From Guillardia theta CCMP2712 (Eukaryota > Protista > Cryptophyta), in NCBI RefSeq assembly GCF_000315625.1, contig NW_005434513.1:50701-114700 (forward strand): a stretch of DNA of 64,000 bases. Direction: 5' to 3'. Of the stretch, positions 39,217 to 50,999 are shown one piece after another (the stretch's first letter is position 1; each line of letters begins with the position of its first letter). A program made the translations under genes and the position numbers. The notes under the pieces were generated by a model. That model ran no database searches and was not told the DNA's origin. It worked only from the letters and a program-made list of their open reading frames with translations.

Positions 39217-39777
39217 GTTGACTTGCTTGGAGGGAAGGAACTTGTTAGGAGGAGACTGTGACGCTGAGAGGACATGGGCACGGTCGTGTACTTGCTCACA
39301 TGGGCTCTTGTCTCCTCCTCTCCCCCCCCTGCATGTCCTTCCGCCCGCCCAGCTCCTCCCCCTTGTCCCCGATCGCGATCAGAACCATCGATCTCGATCT
39401 CATCCGTATCAACGAAATGCAACCGCCAGGTAACGAAGCAACAGAATTGCGGACGGATCGTAACTGCCGCAGTAAAACCGTTAAAGATCGTAAGAACAGG
39501 GTGAAGGAGGTTTATTGATGGCGAAGGAACGAAAGGGAAGAGGGGGAGGGGAGGAGGGAGGGAGAGAAGATGGGTATGCATGCGTAGAAGTATCAGAGCA
39601 AGATGCTGATGCATGAAGAAGAAGGATACAGCAGAGCATCTGCGGTGTTCATGTACAAATCACTCAGCTTAGATTCATGTCATGCGAGATACAAGTTGAT
39701 TTTTCGTACCTTTGACATATGAACACTTTGTTTGCTGTTTCGACCATGATTCTTGTGCAACAGCTAAACGAGGGAGT

Positions 39778-41944
39778 ATGGAGACATCTGCAATGGATGC
39801 TGCAAAAGGTGACGTGACTTCAAGTGATTTGGTGAGACCCTGCAAGTGTTCTCATGCGTTTGAGCAGAATGGTTGGAGATCGACTTCCATGTGCCGACTC
39901 GAACAGTCGTGCAGTCGCTCGTTGAGAAAGCAGACACCGCAAGCATCAGCAAGATGTTTGTGCCCAGAATCGCCTTCGGCACTGCCGGTCTCCGAGGGCC
40001 GATGGGGGCCGGGTACGGGAACATGAATCACATCACGGTGATGCAGTGCACGCAAGGGATACTCGCATACCTCGAGAAGACTCTCGGAAGCGACGAGGTC
40101 AAGGCAAGAGGTGTTGTTATCGGCTACGATCATCGATGGAGTGCGACTGGCGTCGACTCTGAAATGATGGCGAGGACAGCAGCTGCTGTCTGTGTTCAGA
40201 GAGGCATCAAGGTGTACCTCTTCAGCAGCATGGTCGCGACGCCCTTGGTTCCCTTCTGTGTGAAGCACAAGAGATGTGCGGCAGGGATGATGGTGACAGC
40301 CTCTCACAACCCCAAGGATGACAATGGCTACAAGATGTATGGAGCCAACGGAGCTCAGCTGTGCGAGCCACATGACAAGTCGATTGCCGGACTCATTCTG
40401 GAGCACCTCAAGCCATGGGCTGACTACGGCACTGCCATCGAGTCTGTCCGTGACTCTCCACTTTGTGTTGACATCCTGGAGGAGGCCAAGGACGCCTACT
40501 TCAAGGAGATGGCTGCGAGCTTGTGCCATCACGCTCAAGACAACGCTGTCTCATCGTTACCCATCGTGTACACAGCCATGCACGGAGTAGGGGCTCCTTT
40601 CACGGCCCGATCCTTTGAGGCGTTCAAGCTCAAGCCATTCTTTACCGTCTCTGAGCAGAACGATCCCGACCCTTCGTTTCCTACCGTTGCTTACCCGAAT
40701 CCAGAGGAGGGCAAGGTCTACCCTCAACTGCTGAGGCTGAACAAACTGAAGTGAGCAACAGGGAGCGCTGGAGCTATCTTTCAGCAAAGCCTTGTCCGTC
40801 AACTCCCCTCTCGTCCTTGCTAACGATCCCGACGCTGATCGCCTGGCAGTGGCTGAGCTCCAGGTCGACTTGGCGTGCGAGGAGAAGACATGACGGGTGA
40901 CTTGTGCAAACAGGATGGTGGAAAGTGGAAGATCTTCAGTGGAAACGAAATCGGCATGCTCCTTGCTCACTGGCTTTTCCGAAAGGCTGTTGAGAAAGGA
41001 AAGTCGCCAAACAAGCTTGCTGTAGTTGCCTCTACAGTCTCATCCAAGATGACTCGCGCGCTGGCTGAGAAGGAAGGCATGCGATTCGAAGAGACTCTGA
41101 CAGGGTTCAAATGGATCTGCAACAAGAAATTTGATCTTCAACAGGAGGGATATGAGGTTTGACTGATGTAATCTTTTGTGATCGCCTGTCATGTGCTTGT
41201 CTAGGTCATCTTGGCCTTTGAAGAATCAATCGGCTTCTGCTGCGGAGACTTGGTGAACGATAAGGACGGAGTCTGTGCTGCTGCAGTCTTCGCGGAGATG
41301 TCTGTGCAACTGTACAAAGCAGGCAAGACGGTGTCAAAGCACCTCAACGACCTTTACGAGTCATACGGTCACTTCATCTCGCGGCAAGGATACGTCTTGG
41401 TTCCCAACCCCAGGTGACAATTGCGTCAAGTTGCCACAAGTTCTCAGGCTATCTGCAGGTTAACTGTTGAGATCTTCGATAAGATTCGGAACAAGAGCAA
41501 CTATCCTACTTCAGTGGGCCCATATAAGATAGCACAGGTGAAAGCAACCTCAGAGTTTCAGCCATGAAATGGCAACAGGTTAGAGACCTGACAACCGGGT
41601 ACGACTCGTCGACTGCAGATAACAAAACTACTTTGCCAGCTTCTACTTCAAGCCAGGTGCCTCCTCCAGTGCCGACCGTACAACTAACTCGAGTGCAGCA
41701 CCTGACCTTCACGTTTGAGAACGGTTGTATAGCAAACCTGCGAGGCAGTGGCACGGAGCCGAAGCTCAAGTACTACGTCGAGCTGCACGGCAACGACCCT
41801 GCCAAGGTGAGAACCGCTTGTGCTCTCGTGCGTGTAACGCTGCTGCTCCAGGTCACAGAAACCCTGCTGGACATGGTGAAGCTCATTGTTATCACGCTGC
41901 TGGAACCAGAGCTCAACGGCCTCAAGTGGGCTGGTGTTGAGTGA
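39778..41944 (+). CDS. PGM2: Phosphoglucomutase-2 / phosphopentomutase (alpha-D-phosphohexomutase), multi-exon
   Basis: FGTAGLRG, catalytic [25 protein letters not shown], metal loop DPDADR (~40826), TLTGFKW, AFEESIG, DKDG and [14 protein letters not shown]. Confidence 0.93.
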
Positions 41945-42076
41945 AACTTGCGGGATAACGTATGAAGACTGAGATGAGAGGTACAAGGAGAAATGAAGAA
42001 CAAGTGAACTCGAAGTTCTCCCGATAGAAAACACGTCCTGTAGAGCTCCTCCTTCTATTTCCTCCTGGTGTTCCAT

Positions 42077-42212
42077 GTTGTTATTCCTGCAGCAGTGTGC
42101 CCCAGGATGTCACTTTTCATCTTGTAGCTTCGATCAATCTTGTTGTTATTCCTGCAGCAGTGTGCCCCAGGATGTCACTTTTCATCTTGTAGCTTCGATC
42201 AATCTTGTTGTT
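42077..42212. repeat. ~66-bp direct tandem duplication
   Basis: TTGTTATTCCTGCAGCAGTGTGCCCCAGGATGTCACTTTTCATCTTGTAGCTTCGATCAATCTTG occurs twice. Confidence 0.9.
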
Positions 42213-42763
42213 CATTCTGCAACAGTTGCTTAAGGAGGTAACTTTCCATCTTGTAACTTGGATTCTTCTGGACTGTGGAGGTAAAAGAACTCTCAAGAAC
42301 CGACCCTAAGATATCGAATGACCAGGTAGTCTCTCTCAAGAACCGGCCGTCCTGCCTGATTCTTCTCGATTCATCAACTCGACATCGCAACGACGCATCC
42401 CACCCATCCTCGCTCATTCACGGGCTGAGTACTGCTTCCTGTCCTCACTTGACTAGCTGAGTAATGCTTCCTGTCCTCACTTGACGGGCTGAATACCTGA
42501 TCACGATTACCGATGTGACAAGTCAACGTTTTTACCTTCCCGAGCCCAAGACGTGAAGTCAAGGACGACTCTCAAGTGAGTTAGGTGAGCGAGACGATAA
42601 GAGCCTGCGAACATACTTGAGAAATGATGATCGATAGCTCGATAGCATCGTATCTCCATGACACCCTTTTCACAGAAGTCTCATGTAGACAACGAGGCAG
42701 TGAGGCTTGAACTAGAGGCAAGAGAATCATTTTATCAAAGTGACTTGATAGCTGAGTCAGAGA

Positions 42764-45363
42764 CTACTCCGTGCCAAGACTTTGAAGATACTCGACAACA
42801 TCTGAGTGATTATTGAGTCTTGCTTCATCATTACAAGTTTTTCCATCCAAGGCTTTCTGCAGCAGAAGCTGCTTCCCGCATGTCTCTGCCAGGTATCGCA
42901 ATGTCTCCAGATGCCCTTCATGACTTGCAGTATGTGCGCAGGTTTTACCAGCTTTGTCCTTGTCCCTCAGCAGCTCCTTTCCGCACGTCTCACCGAGGTA
43001 CCGTAGTACCCCTACATGCCCGCCATGACTCGCTCCATGCGCGCATGTCCTCCTGCGTTTGGTCTTGACTCTCAGCAGCTCTTCCCCGCATGTCTCTGCG
43101 AGGTACTCAAGCACCTCCAGGTGACCCCCGTAGCTTGCATCATGCGCACATGTCCTGCCTTCATCGTCCTTCTCTCGCAGCAGCTCTTGCCCGCATGTCT
43201 CCTCGAGGTATCGCAGTATCTCTACGTGCCCCGCTTGACTCGCCTCATGTGCGCATGTCCTACTGCGGTTGTCTTTGTCGCATCCTCCAGCTTTGAGCAG
43301 CGGTATCAGCTCGCCCTGTCCTCGTATGACTGCCCTCACTGTCGGAGGCTCCGCTTGGTCCTCTTCGCTTGAGATCGACAAGCCGTACATCCCACACAAC
43401 CGTTTGCTCAGCTCTAGTCTGACGTCATCGCCTGCTGGAGTAAGCGAGCTGATCTTGTACATCAGACCCGCCATCGTCCTCCAATACACTGATCTCATCA
43501 CTTCGTTGCCAAGACTGGAACACTTGTTGTCTCCCGTGGTATCTTCGATCCAGTGTCTGAGCTTATTGATCGCCATGTCTTTCATTGAATTTGACAGCTC
43601 GATCGCCTCCTTGTACCTCGAGTCCTCGTTGTACCACTCCGCCTCCCTCCCTCTGCTTACCTCCACCATGGCCCGACATTCTCTCTCTATCGAACGGAAG
43701 AGAAACTGTGAAAGATTAGAAAGTCTATCCCTGAAAGCAGACCTCAACCGCTCCTGGATCCTCCCTGCACAACCCACAAGCTCTCGTTCTACCTCCCTCG
43801 CGATGTTCTCCAACAGCCCCACGTACAGCTGCTTCCTTTTCCCCAGCATCTCTTCGATCGTCGAGCTCGTCGTGTTCGCGTTGATCCTCAGCGTCAGCAC
43901 CTTCACTCTCTCTCCTTCCATCATGCTGTATCGCGATTCCTTCAGCACCTCCAAGTACGACAGCGGCGGAAACAACATCTCCTCCTCTCCCGGATACTGA
44001 GACAAAAACGCCAAGCTCGCCCCCCGGTCAATCGCTCCGCAGCTGATCTCCAGCAAGATCGGCTCTTCCCCCTTCCCGGCGTACTGGATCGCCGTCCCAA
44101 CGTCTGTCGTCGTGCTCAGCAGCCCGTACTCGACTCCTCCTGACACCCCAAGCCCGTCCTCCTTCAGGAAGCTCTCCGGGAGCCTCATCCCCTTCACTCC
44201 CCTCCACACTCGCCGATCCTCCGGTAGAGGCGAGTGTAGTGACAGCTTGACGACGCCGCTGACGACGCAGTGGATGGTCGTCGTGTACCTGTTGGCGACC
44301 TTGTCTGGGGCTCGCAGAGAGATATTGTACTTGTGGTACATCTGTCCTGTCGTTATGTCAAACCTGTCAGTCTCTCCTGCCTTCCCCGTCCCCTTTCCCT
44401 TTCTCCCTCACCCGTACCTGTGTAAAGCTGCAGCGCTATCAGCTCCTCTTCTCGCAGCTCCGCCTTGATCGACATTTCGAGCTTCTTGAGCTCCTCCATC
44501 GCTCGGATGACCCGCGTGCCGTCCGACAGCCTTCGCCTCCTGTCCGGGTCTATGACGTTGAGCCACTCCTCCTTGGCTGTCGTCCTGATGTTGTAGTTGC
44601 TCGTTGTGAACGCTTCCTCCGAGTCCTTGCCCTTGCAGTGCTCCTCCTCCATCCCCTTCATCAGCTCCGTCTGAGGTAGCCCGATCCGCCCTATCAGCCC
44701 CCCGAAATATTCCTTGATACCGCCATACACGGCCTCCTGTACCTCCCTGCTGCCTTTCGCGTTATCTGACTCATTGAGCGAGTACTTGCTGTTGTTGACG
44801 TGCAACGTCTGACCGTCTCCTCTCGCCTTCATCGGCCTCTTGAGCGCCTCCTCGAGCCTCCCTGCTATCGCCGTCTGCCATAGAGCCGACAGAGCGCTGG
44901 CTGTCATCCCCTGCAGCCCCGCAAGAGGACTCTCTACATTCCCGCCGGGGATGCACTCCGCCATGACTCGGAGGATCTTCAGGTCGTCGAGGCTGCTGGC
45001 CTTGCGCTTGATCTCCCACTCTCTTGCGACTCTGACCTCAAAGTCTCCGTAAGAGAGCTCCTCAGAGCCTGCGTGCTGCATGAGGGTGGACACGTCGATG
45101 CCCAGAGATAGGAGGAGGTCGTTGTCGAGGAGCTTGAACCGCTGCTGGTCGTGGGAGAGGTGGAAGAGCTCGCGCAGGGAAGTTCGAATCTCGTTAGGGA
45201 GGGGCCAGGTCAGCTCCTGCTGGGGAACGAAAGGCGACTGTTCGGGCTTTGTGGAAATGAGGGAGAGAGCAGAGATATGGTGCTTGAGCACTTGGTTCCT
45301 CGCTTTGAGCCTCTCGATCTCCAGCTGCAGCGCCAGCACTTCCTCCTTCCTGCCTCCCTCCAT
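42764..45363 (-). CDS. R-S-E-class ADP-ribosyltransferase-domain protein with C-terminal ankyrin repeats (2 exons; intron 44347-44417)
   Basis: Splicing joins LQLYTG|QMY. ART motifs VWRG, GLLSTTTD and SQYPGEEEMLFPPL. About five ankyrin repeats (TCAH.AS.GGH...L.YL.ETCG.ELL). Confidence 0.85.
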
Positions 45364-45720
45364 TAGGGGGGCCTGTCCCTTAAGTCAGTTATGTGAAGCA
45401 GACAGAGACAGGTGAGAGGCAGAAAAGCAAAGGCATCAATGAAAGAAGAATAGTTTGAGTCTTAAGAATGAAGAAAATTCCACAAAAACAAATAGAAAGG
45501 GAAAAATGAAACACAAGGATGGGTGGAGTGAGAGAACTTGCAGGATGCTTAATCACCCTAGCAAAAAAAGCCGGTCTAAGGAAGCTAGTGGAGATCAGCA
45601 AAGAGGCACAAGAAGGTAGACAAAACGCAAGGTCAAGAGAAAGGTCAGATGCAGATGGAGTGAAGAGGACAGATGGCGTAAAGCTAACTCAATCATCACT
45701 ATAAAAAATTACGAGGTACA

Positions 45721-45774
45721 GACTGACCGACCGACCGACCGACCGACCGACCGACCGACCGACTAACTGACTGA
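45721..45774. repeat. (GACC)n microsatellite
   Basis: Directly visible. Confidence 0.9.
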
Positions 45775-45853
45775 TGACCCCAGCTAACTCCATCCTCCTC
45801 CCTTCTCTGTCACTCGCAGGTCTTTTTTGCAACTACTCTCTCCTCTCCTCTCC

Positions 45854-46715
45854 TTGATTTTCCTAATTGGGACTCAGCGAAAATGCTGCTGCAGTCATCA
45901 CCATGGAAGGATGTGTAGGTTACAAGAGACTCAGTAGTTGCATCATGTCGTGCTGGAAAGTGAGATTTTAATGACATCTGTAACATTTCATTGATGATGT
46001 ACTTTGACTATTGAATACGGTAACCGTACCATACGTCAGATACAATCTTCATGGCCATCATTGATCAGTGAAAAAGGCTTTTGTGGTGATGAACCATGTG
46101 CAATGGATTCAAACTTGTATGTATGTCAACCCTTTTCGAAGCCAGGGAAAATGTTGATTGTTAGCGAGATATTGATTCATCTCAGCCAATATCTATGTCA
46201 TCTGCTGTGAGAGGAACTGGTGAATATGGCCCATCAACTTTAGACTGGAGTGACAGCCATCAATTTTATTATCAGAAAGAGAGTAATTTGCATCAACAAG
46301 CTGTGTTCAGGCACTCCAGTCTAAAGTTGATGGGCCATATCCCCCAGTTCCTCTGACAGCAGTTGACTTAGATATTGGCTGAGATGAATCAATATCTCGC
46401 TAACAATCAACATTTTCCCTGGCTTCGAAAAGGGTTGACATACATACAAGTTTGAATCCATTGCACATGGTTCATCACCACAAAAGCCTTTTTCACTGAT
46501 CAATGATGGCCATGAAGATTGTATCTGACGTATGGTACGGTTACCGTATTCAATAGTCAAAGTACATCATCAATGAAATGTTTACAGATGTCATTAAAAT
46601 CTCACTTTCCAGCACGACATGATGCAACTACTACTGAGTCTCTTGTAACCTACACATCCTTCCATGGTGATGACTGCAGCAGCATTTTCGCTGAGTCCCA
46701 ATTAGGAAAATCAAT
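45854..46715. repeat. Long foldback: ~400-bp near-perfect inverted repeats (45854-46252 and 46312-46715) with a ~60-bp spacer
   Basis: Arms run from TTGATTTTCCTAATTGGG to CCCAATTAGGAAAATCAA. ORFs 46004+ and 46560- mirror each other. The mismatches I noticed lie near the spacer. Confidence 0.95.
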
Positions 46716-46874
46716 TAGGAAAACTTGAGTGAATATTTACTCAATCATATAGGACTCTGACTATATAACCTCCGGAAGGTCCCGCCTATATAGGTAAATA
46801 TTTACTTAAATTGTTGCTGGAAGGGAAAGGAGCATGCCAGCGCGATGAGTTAGAGGAGGAGTAGGCCGCCTCTG

Positions 46875-47204
46875 AGGACAGAAGCAAACCCCAGCTGTAG
46901 GCGACAGTGAGAGGACAGAAGCAAACCCCAGCTGTAGGCGACAGTGAGAGGACAGAAGCAAACCCCAGCTGTAGGCGACAGTGAGAGGACAGAAGCAAAC
47001 CCCAGCTGTAGGCGACAGTGAGAGGACAGAAGCGAACCCCAGCTGTAGGCGACAGTGAGAGGACAGAAGCGAACCCCAGCTGTAGGCGACAGTGAGAGGA
47101 CAGAAGCAAACCCCAGCTGTAGGCGACAGTGAGAGGACAGAAGCAAACCCCAGCTGTAGGCGACAGTGAGAGGACAGAAGCGAACCCCAGCTGTAGGCGA
47201 CAGT
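46875..47204. repeat. 37-bp minisatellite, 9 copies
   Basis: AGGACAGAAGC(A/G)AACCCCAGCTGTAGGCGACAGTGAG in tandem with no spacers. Confidence 0.95.
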
Positions 47205-47575
47205 GGCGCATCAAGGAGCTTGGACACAATGAAACGCAGGGTCCCCTGTATACTCATCCTTGCTTACAGGGTTTATTTTTGGTGGTACTTTCGGATTATA
47301 GTAGAGTAGGCGTAAAAATGCGTATAGAAGAAGAGGGAGGAGATGAGAGCAGCAGAAAAGAGCAGAAACTCTTGCTGAAAATCGCCAGCTGTCAGGATCT
47401 TGCATGATGAAGTCGTTGCGCATGCTGATGATGAGGGAATGAAAATCACAGGTAGAGGAAAGGAAAGTGATAAGTATTGGGCGAGAGAGATGAAGGGGGT
47501 AGATGAAGACCAGGTGATGATGAGTTGTGGCAGGGAGCTGGGAGCAAACAAGGTGATCGCATGCGAGTCTAGCTC

Positions 47576-49891
47576 ATGTCCCGACTACATATTTGCTTTG
47601 CAACAGCCTGTTTGCTAGGGATGATCGTCACCAGTAGCACTGCTACTCGTCCAATTTCAACTAGTGAGAAATCAAGATCGTCAACTAAGTCTCACAATCA
47701 TTTCTCCAAGCGACCGCGGAGGAGTGCAGATGGATCTTTGGGCTATTCTGCCATGCAGGATCCTTACATCAAATACCTGATGGAAGAGCTTCAGAAATGC
47801 AATGACGAGCGCAAATTTGCGAAACTCAATCTGGAGCTAAAGGCGGCACTAGAAAGGCTGGCGTTGAGGGAAGAGCGTCTGAGGCTTGAGGGGATGATGT
47901 TTACGTGCCAAAACCCGGAAGGGAAGGAGGAGCTAAAGGCGGCACTAGAAAGGCTGGCGGTGAGAGAAGAGTTGATAAGGCATGAGGAGAATTTCAGAGA
48001 AGAGCTAAGGAGGGCTGAACAGAATATGAAAGAAGAGCGTCTGAGGCTTGAGGGGATGATGTTTACGTGCCAAAACCCGGAAGGGAAGGAGGAGCTAAAG
48101 GCGGCACTAGAAAGGCTGGCGTTGAGGGAAGAGCGTCTGAGGCTTGAGGGGATGATGTTTACGTGCCAAAACCCGGAAGGGAAGGAGGAGCTAAAGGCGG
48201 CACTAGAAAAGCTGGCGGTGAGGGAAGAGCGTCTGAGGCTTGAGGGGATGATGTTTACGTGCCAAAACCCGGAAGGGAAGGAGATGCTGATATTGAGATG
48301 GAAGCAATTTGAGAGACAAATTTATCGAACACCAATACAACTATCATCGTTCTTAGCAATCAGGAAGATACCAGAATACAGTAACAATTCCGAGTTTATC
48401 AGGTTTCCAGCCCAGTATCTAAAACTTGCCGGTGTTGGGGAACATTTAGCGGAGAAGGAAAATGATAGCATGGATGCTATGGTATATTGTCGACAGGCAG
48501 TCCAAGAGCAAATGAAATTCATGCAAGAAGCAGTGATGAAGAGAGGTTGCTTTGGATGGGTGAATGGATCGCCAGGGACAGGAAAGTCATTGACGGCTCT
48601 TGCCTTTTGTCTCGGACTTAACAGTAGCGCATGGAATGTTTGCTGGCTTCATTTGTCAATGTTCAATTTACCGGAAGGGCTTCTCAGGAATGAGCAAGGT
48701 GTTCGCGCAGTAAAACTATTAAGATACTCTGATGAAGACATGCTGAGTGGCTTGGGACTGAATGAGTTCAATCGTCCAGGGTTGATCATTCTAGATGGAT
48801 ACCGGAAGACGGAGCGATATGAGTTGCTGATTGAATTACTGAGTGATTGGCGAAATCAAGACAAGAGTATGCGTCGTTTACTTGTTGTGACTTCTATGTC
48901 AGGGAACATTAAAATTCAAGGAGGAGAAGATACTAGACTTGGAATGGAGTTTTTCTTTGTCAATCCATGGACAGAGCAGGAATATCTTTCTGCCATAAAG
49001 TGCAACGAGTTCTACGAATTAGTGAAGGAAAACCTTGATACGGAGATGTTCCTGGAATCTCATGGCAAGAAGAGTGATCGTAGCATCCGTAGGATCAGAA
49101 TTCGATCGAAGTATTTTTATGCTGGAAAGTCATCAAGGTGCATGTTTGCATGGAATACGTCAGAGGTGATAAAACGACTTAGACGAGCCTTGACTGCTGT
49201 CCAAGACTTTGAATCACATATGAGTTCGGGAACGCAGTCTCCAAATTTGATCGACGGCCTGTTCTCAGTAAGAAGAGATGCTGTCAGCCAAAGTGATTGC
49301 CTGACATTTGTCAGTGAATTTGTGGCATTCGAATTTGCCATTCGTATGGGCCCAGACCGATTAAGAAAGTGCGCAGCATTGTTCGAACCAAATGACCCGA
49401 TAATGCAAGGGAAATTTTTCGAAATATTGTTTTTTGCCACGATTGCTGCACAAGACCTTAAGATTTTCTGGAGAGTTGGGGGAAATGGCACAAAAATCTG
49501 GCCTAAAGGTGTGGTCAAGATAGTGTCAAACAATTTCGATCAGACTTTTTTCGATGGGAATGAAAATGGTTTGTGGGCAAAGCCATTGAACTTCAATCAT
49601 CCAGCCTATGATGGTGTTTTTCTGAACAAGACAGATGGATCAGTGCGCTTCGTGCAAGTAACAATCGCCAAAGAGCACTCGTTCAATCTTGCTCCATGTG
49701 CAAAGTTCTTGGAAAAAATGACAAATATCGGCTTCTGCGTCAGAAATGTGGAATTCTACTTCGTTGTGCCTAAAGCACTTGAGCGATTCAAGGTATCAAA
49801 TTTTTCTAATCCTAGCGCATTGACAAACTATGGTTGGGAAAATGGTGCGGAATGGAACAAGATTCAAGTAATAGGCATCGATATCAATTAG
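47576..49891 (+). CDS. Crinkler/RHS (CR)-type protein: signal-like N-terminus, coiled-coil repeats, P-loop NTPase, C-terminal PD-(D/E)xK REase fold
   Basis: Intronless 771-aa ORF. Walker A GSPGTGKS and Walker B LIILDG. G..FE helix (GKFFEILFF) and WAKPLNFNHPAYDGVFL...VRFVQVTIAKEH, the REase motif pattern of CRN/RHS proteins. Four copies of EERLRLEGMMFTCQNPEGKE. Confidence 0.8.
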   Translation: MSRLHICFATACLLGMIVTSSTATRPISTSEKSRSSTKSHNHFSKRPRRSADGSLGYSAMQDPYIKYLMEELQKCNDERKFAKLNLELKAALERLALREERLRLEGMMFTCQNPEGKEELKAALERLAVREELIRHEENFREELRRAEQNMKEERLRLEGMMFTCQNPEGKEELKAALERLALREERLRLEGMMFTCQNPEGKEELKAALEKLAVREERLRLEGMMFTCQNPEGKEMLILRWKQFERQIYRTPIQLSSFLAIRKIPEYSNNSEFIRFPAQYLKLAGVGEHLAEKENDSMDAMVYCRQAVQEQMKFMQEAVMKRGCFGWVNGSPGTGKSLTALAFCLGLNSSAWNVCWLHLSMFNLPEGLLRNEQGVRAVKLLRYSDEDMLSGLGLNEFNRPGLIILDGYRKTERYELLIELLSDWRNQDKSMRRLLVVTSMSGNIKIQGGEDTRLGMEFFFVNPWTEQEYLSAIKCNEFYELVKENLDTEMFLESHGKKSDRSIRRIRIRSKYFYAGKSSRCMFAWNTSEVIKRLRRALTAVQDFESHMSSGTQSPNLIDGLFSVRRDAVSQSDCLTFVSEFVAFEFAIRMGPDRLRKCAALFEPNDPIMQGKFFEILFFATIAAQDLKIFWRVGGNGTKIWPKGVVKIVSNNFDQTFFDGNENGLWAKPLNFNHPAYDGVFLNKTDGSVRFVQVTIAKEHSFNLAPCAKFLEKMTNIGFCVRNVEFYFVVPKALERFKVSNFSNPSALTNYGWENGAEWNKIQVIGIDIN

Positions 49892-50554
49892 CTATTGTGG
49901 TCTAGAGTGTGATACAAGCTGCTGCTCTGATCAATAGATTTCTATTAAACGCCTTCTGGTTCCCATCCGAATTTGTGGCGAATGAGCATACTTTCAATGA
50001 AGGTTACATTCATGATACATCATTACATTCGATTGAGTATTCATCAGAGAGTCCATTTTGAAGAGAGCTTCCAGAATGATGCTAACCTCTGATGAATCTC
50101 AAGTCGTTACTACGCTCTTCCCAACCTCGTATCATATCCTTAGATATTCCACCTGAAACTTGATCTGTTCAAAGTGGACGGCCTTCCTATATCTTGTTCC
50201 TTTCTGAGCTTCCCTCTCGTTCATCGTTCTCAAAGCAGAAGGGGCAAGCAGAAGGATGCTTGTGCATGACCCGTCTGCTTGAAGTGCTTCTCATCTCCGA
50301 CCGGAAGAACGTCTCTCGACCAACGAGTTTGATGTCGACCTTCTCGTAGCAGCAAAAGAAATCTCGTCGCCGATATGCAAATCTTGCCATATATGCATGA
50401 AGACACGTCTGCAACGTAGTTTTCTCTTGCGGGACAGTCTTCTGTTTTTCAAGGATTTTGAGGGGAGAGACAGGATGTGTATTCATTATCATACGAGGAA
50501 GAAGTTGTTACAGTGAGTGCATGATGATTCGTGTCATCTGGGTAAAACGAAAAC

Positions 50555-50760
50555 TCGTTGAAGTCACCTCATTGCCTGCTGTGGCGGTGTATGTCTCGAC
50601 ATTCTGCTTCTTGGCTTCAGCTTCGAGGACCGAAGCATCCACAAGCTCGCTCTGCGTGTATTGGCATGATCTCCGATACAGCATGTTGCCAACGCTCTCA
50701 TCATACTGAAGAACCATACTTAGAAAGCTGTTTGAACTATACCAGAGGGGGCTTTCCTAG
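50555..50760 (-). pseudogene. Degenerate, deleted, inverted relic of the telomere-associated ORF1 family
   Basis: MVLQYDESVGNMLYRRSCQYTQSELVDASVLEAEAKKQNVETYTATAGNEVTS matches the N-termini of ORFs 55103, 57096 and 60844 with an internal deletion. Confidence 0.85.
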
Positions 50761-50920
50761 CCGTCTTGCTAACTGCGGCAGACGCCGGGCCTCATGTCTG
50801 GATGCTTGGGTTTCACATCCTAGCATACAGTCTATCTCTCATGTGCTCCTCAATTCAGGTTTTGTGTGCATTACACAAAACTTGAGTCTTCCCCTCGCCA
50901 TTATTCTTCTCTGAGTCATG

Positions 50921-50999
50921 GGCACCGGGCCCCTGACAGAGGCACCGGGCCCCTGACAGAGGCACCGGGCCCCTGACAGAGGCACCGGGCCCCTGACAG
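50921..50999 (+). repeat. 20-bp tandem repeat (GGCACCGGGCCCCTGACAGA)x4, related to the family-B 5' terminus
   Basis: Resembles GGGCCCGTTGACAGAGGCA at 56954-57034. Confidence 0.85.

Noticed and set aside
45721-45774. (GACC)n/GACT tract as the tail of another retroelement copy
   Set aside because: The upstream CTTTAGACTAG/TTCTAGCATTC motif is absent.
46004-46560. Mirror ORFs MTIEYGNRTIRQ... as genes
   Set aside because: They are short, start at non-ATG codons and are simply a consequence of the inverted repeat.
46875-47204. 37-bp repeats as a CRISPR array
   Set aside because: Units are directly tandem with no unique spacers, no cas genes are present, and the context is eukaryotic.
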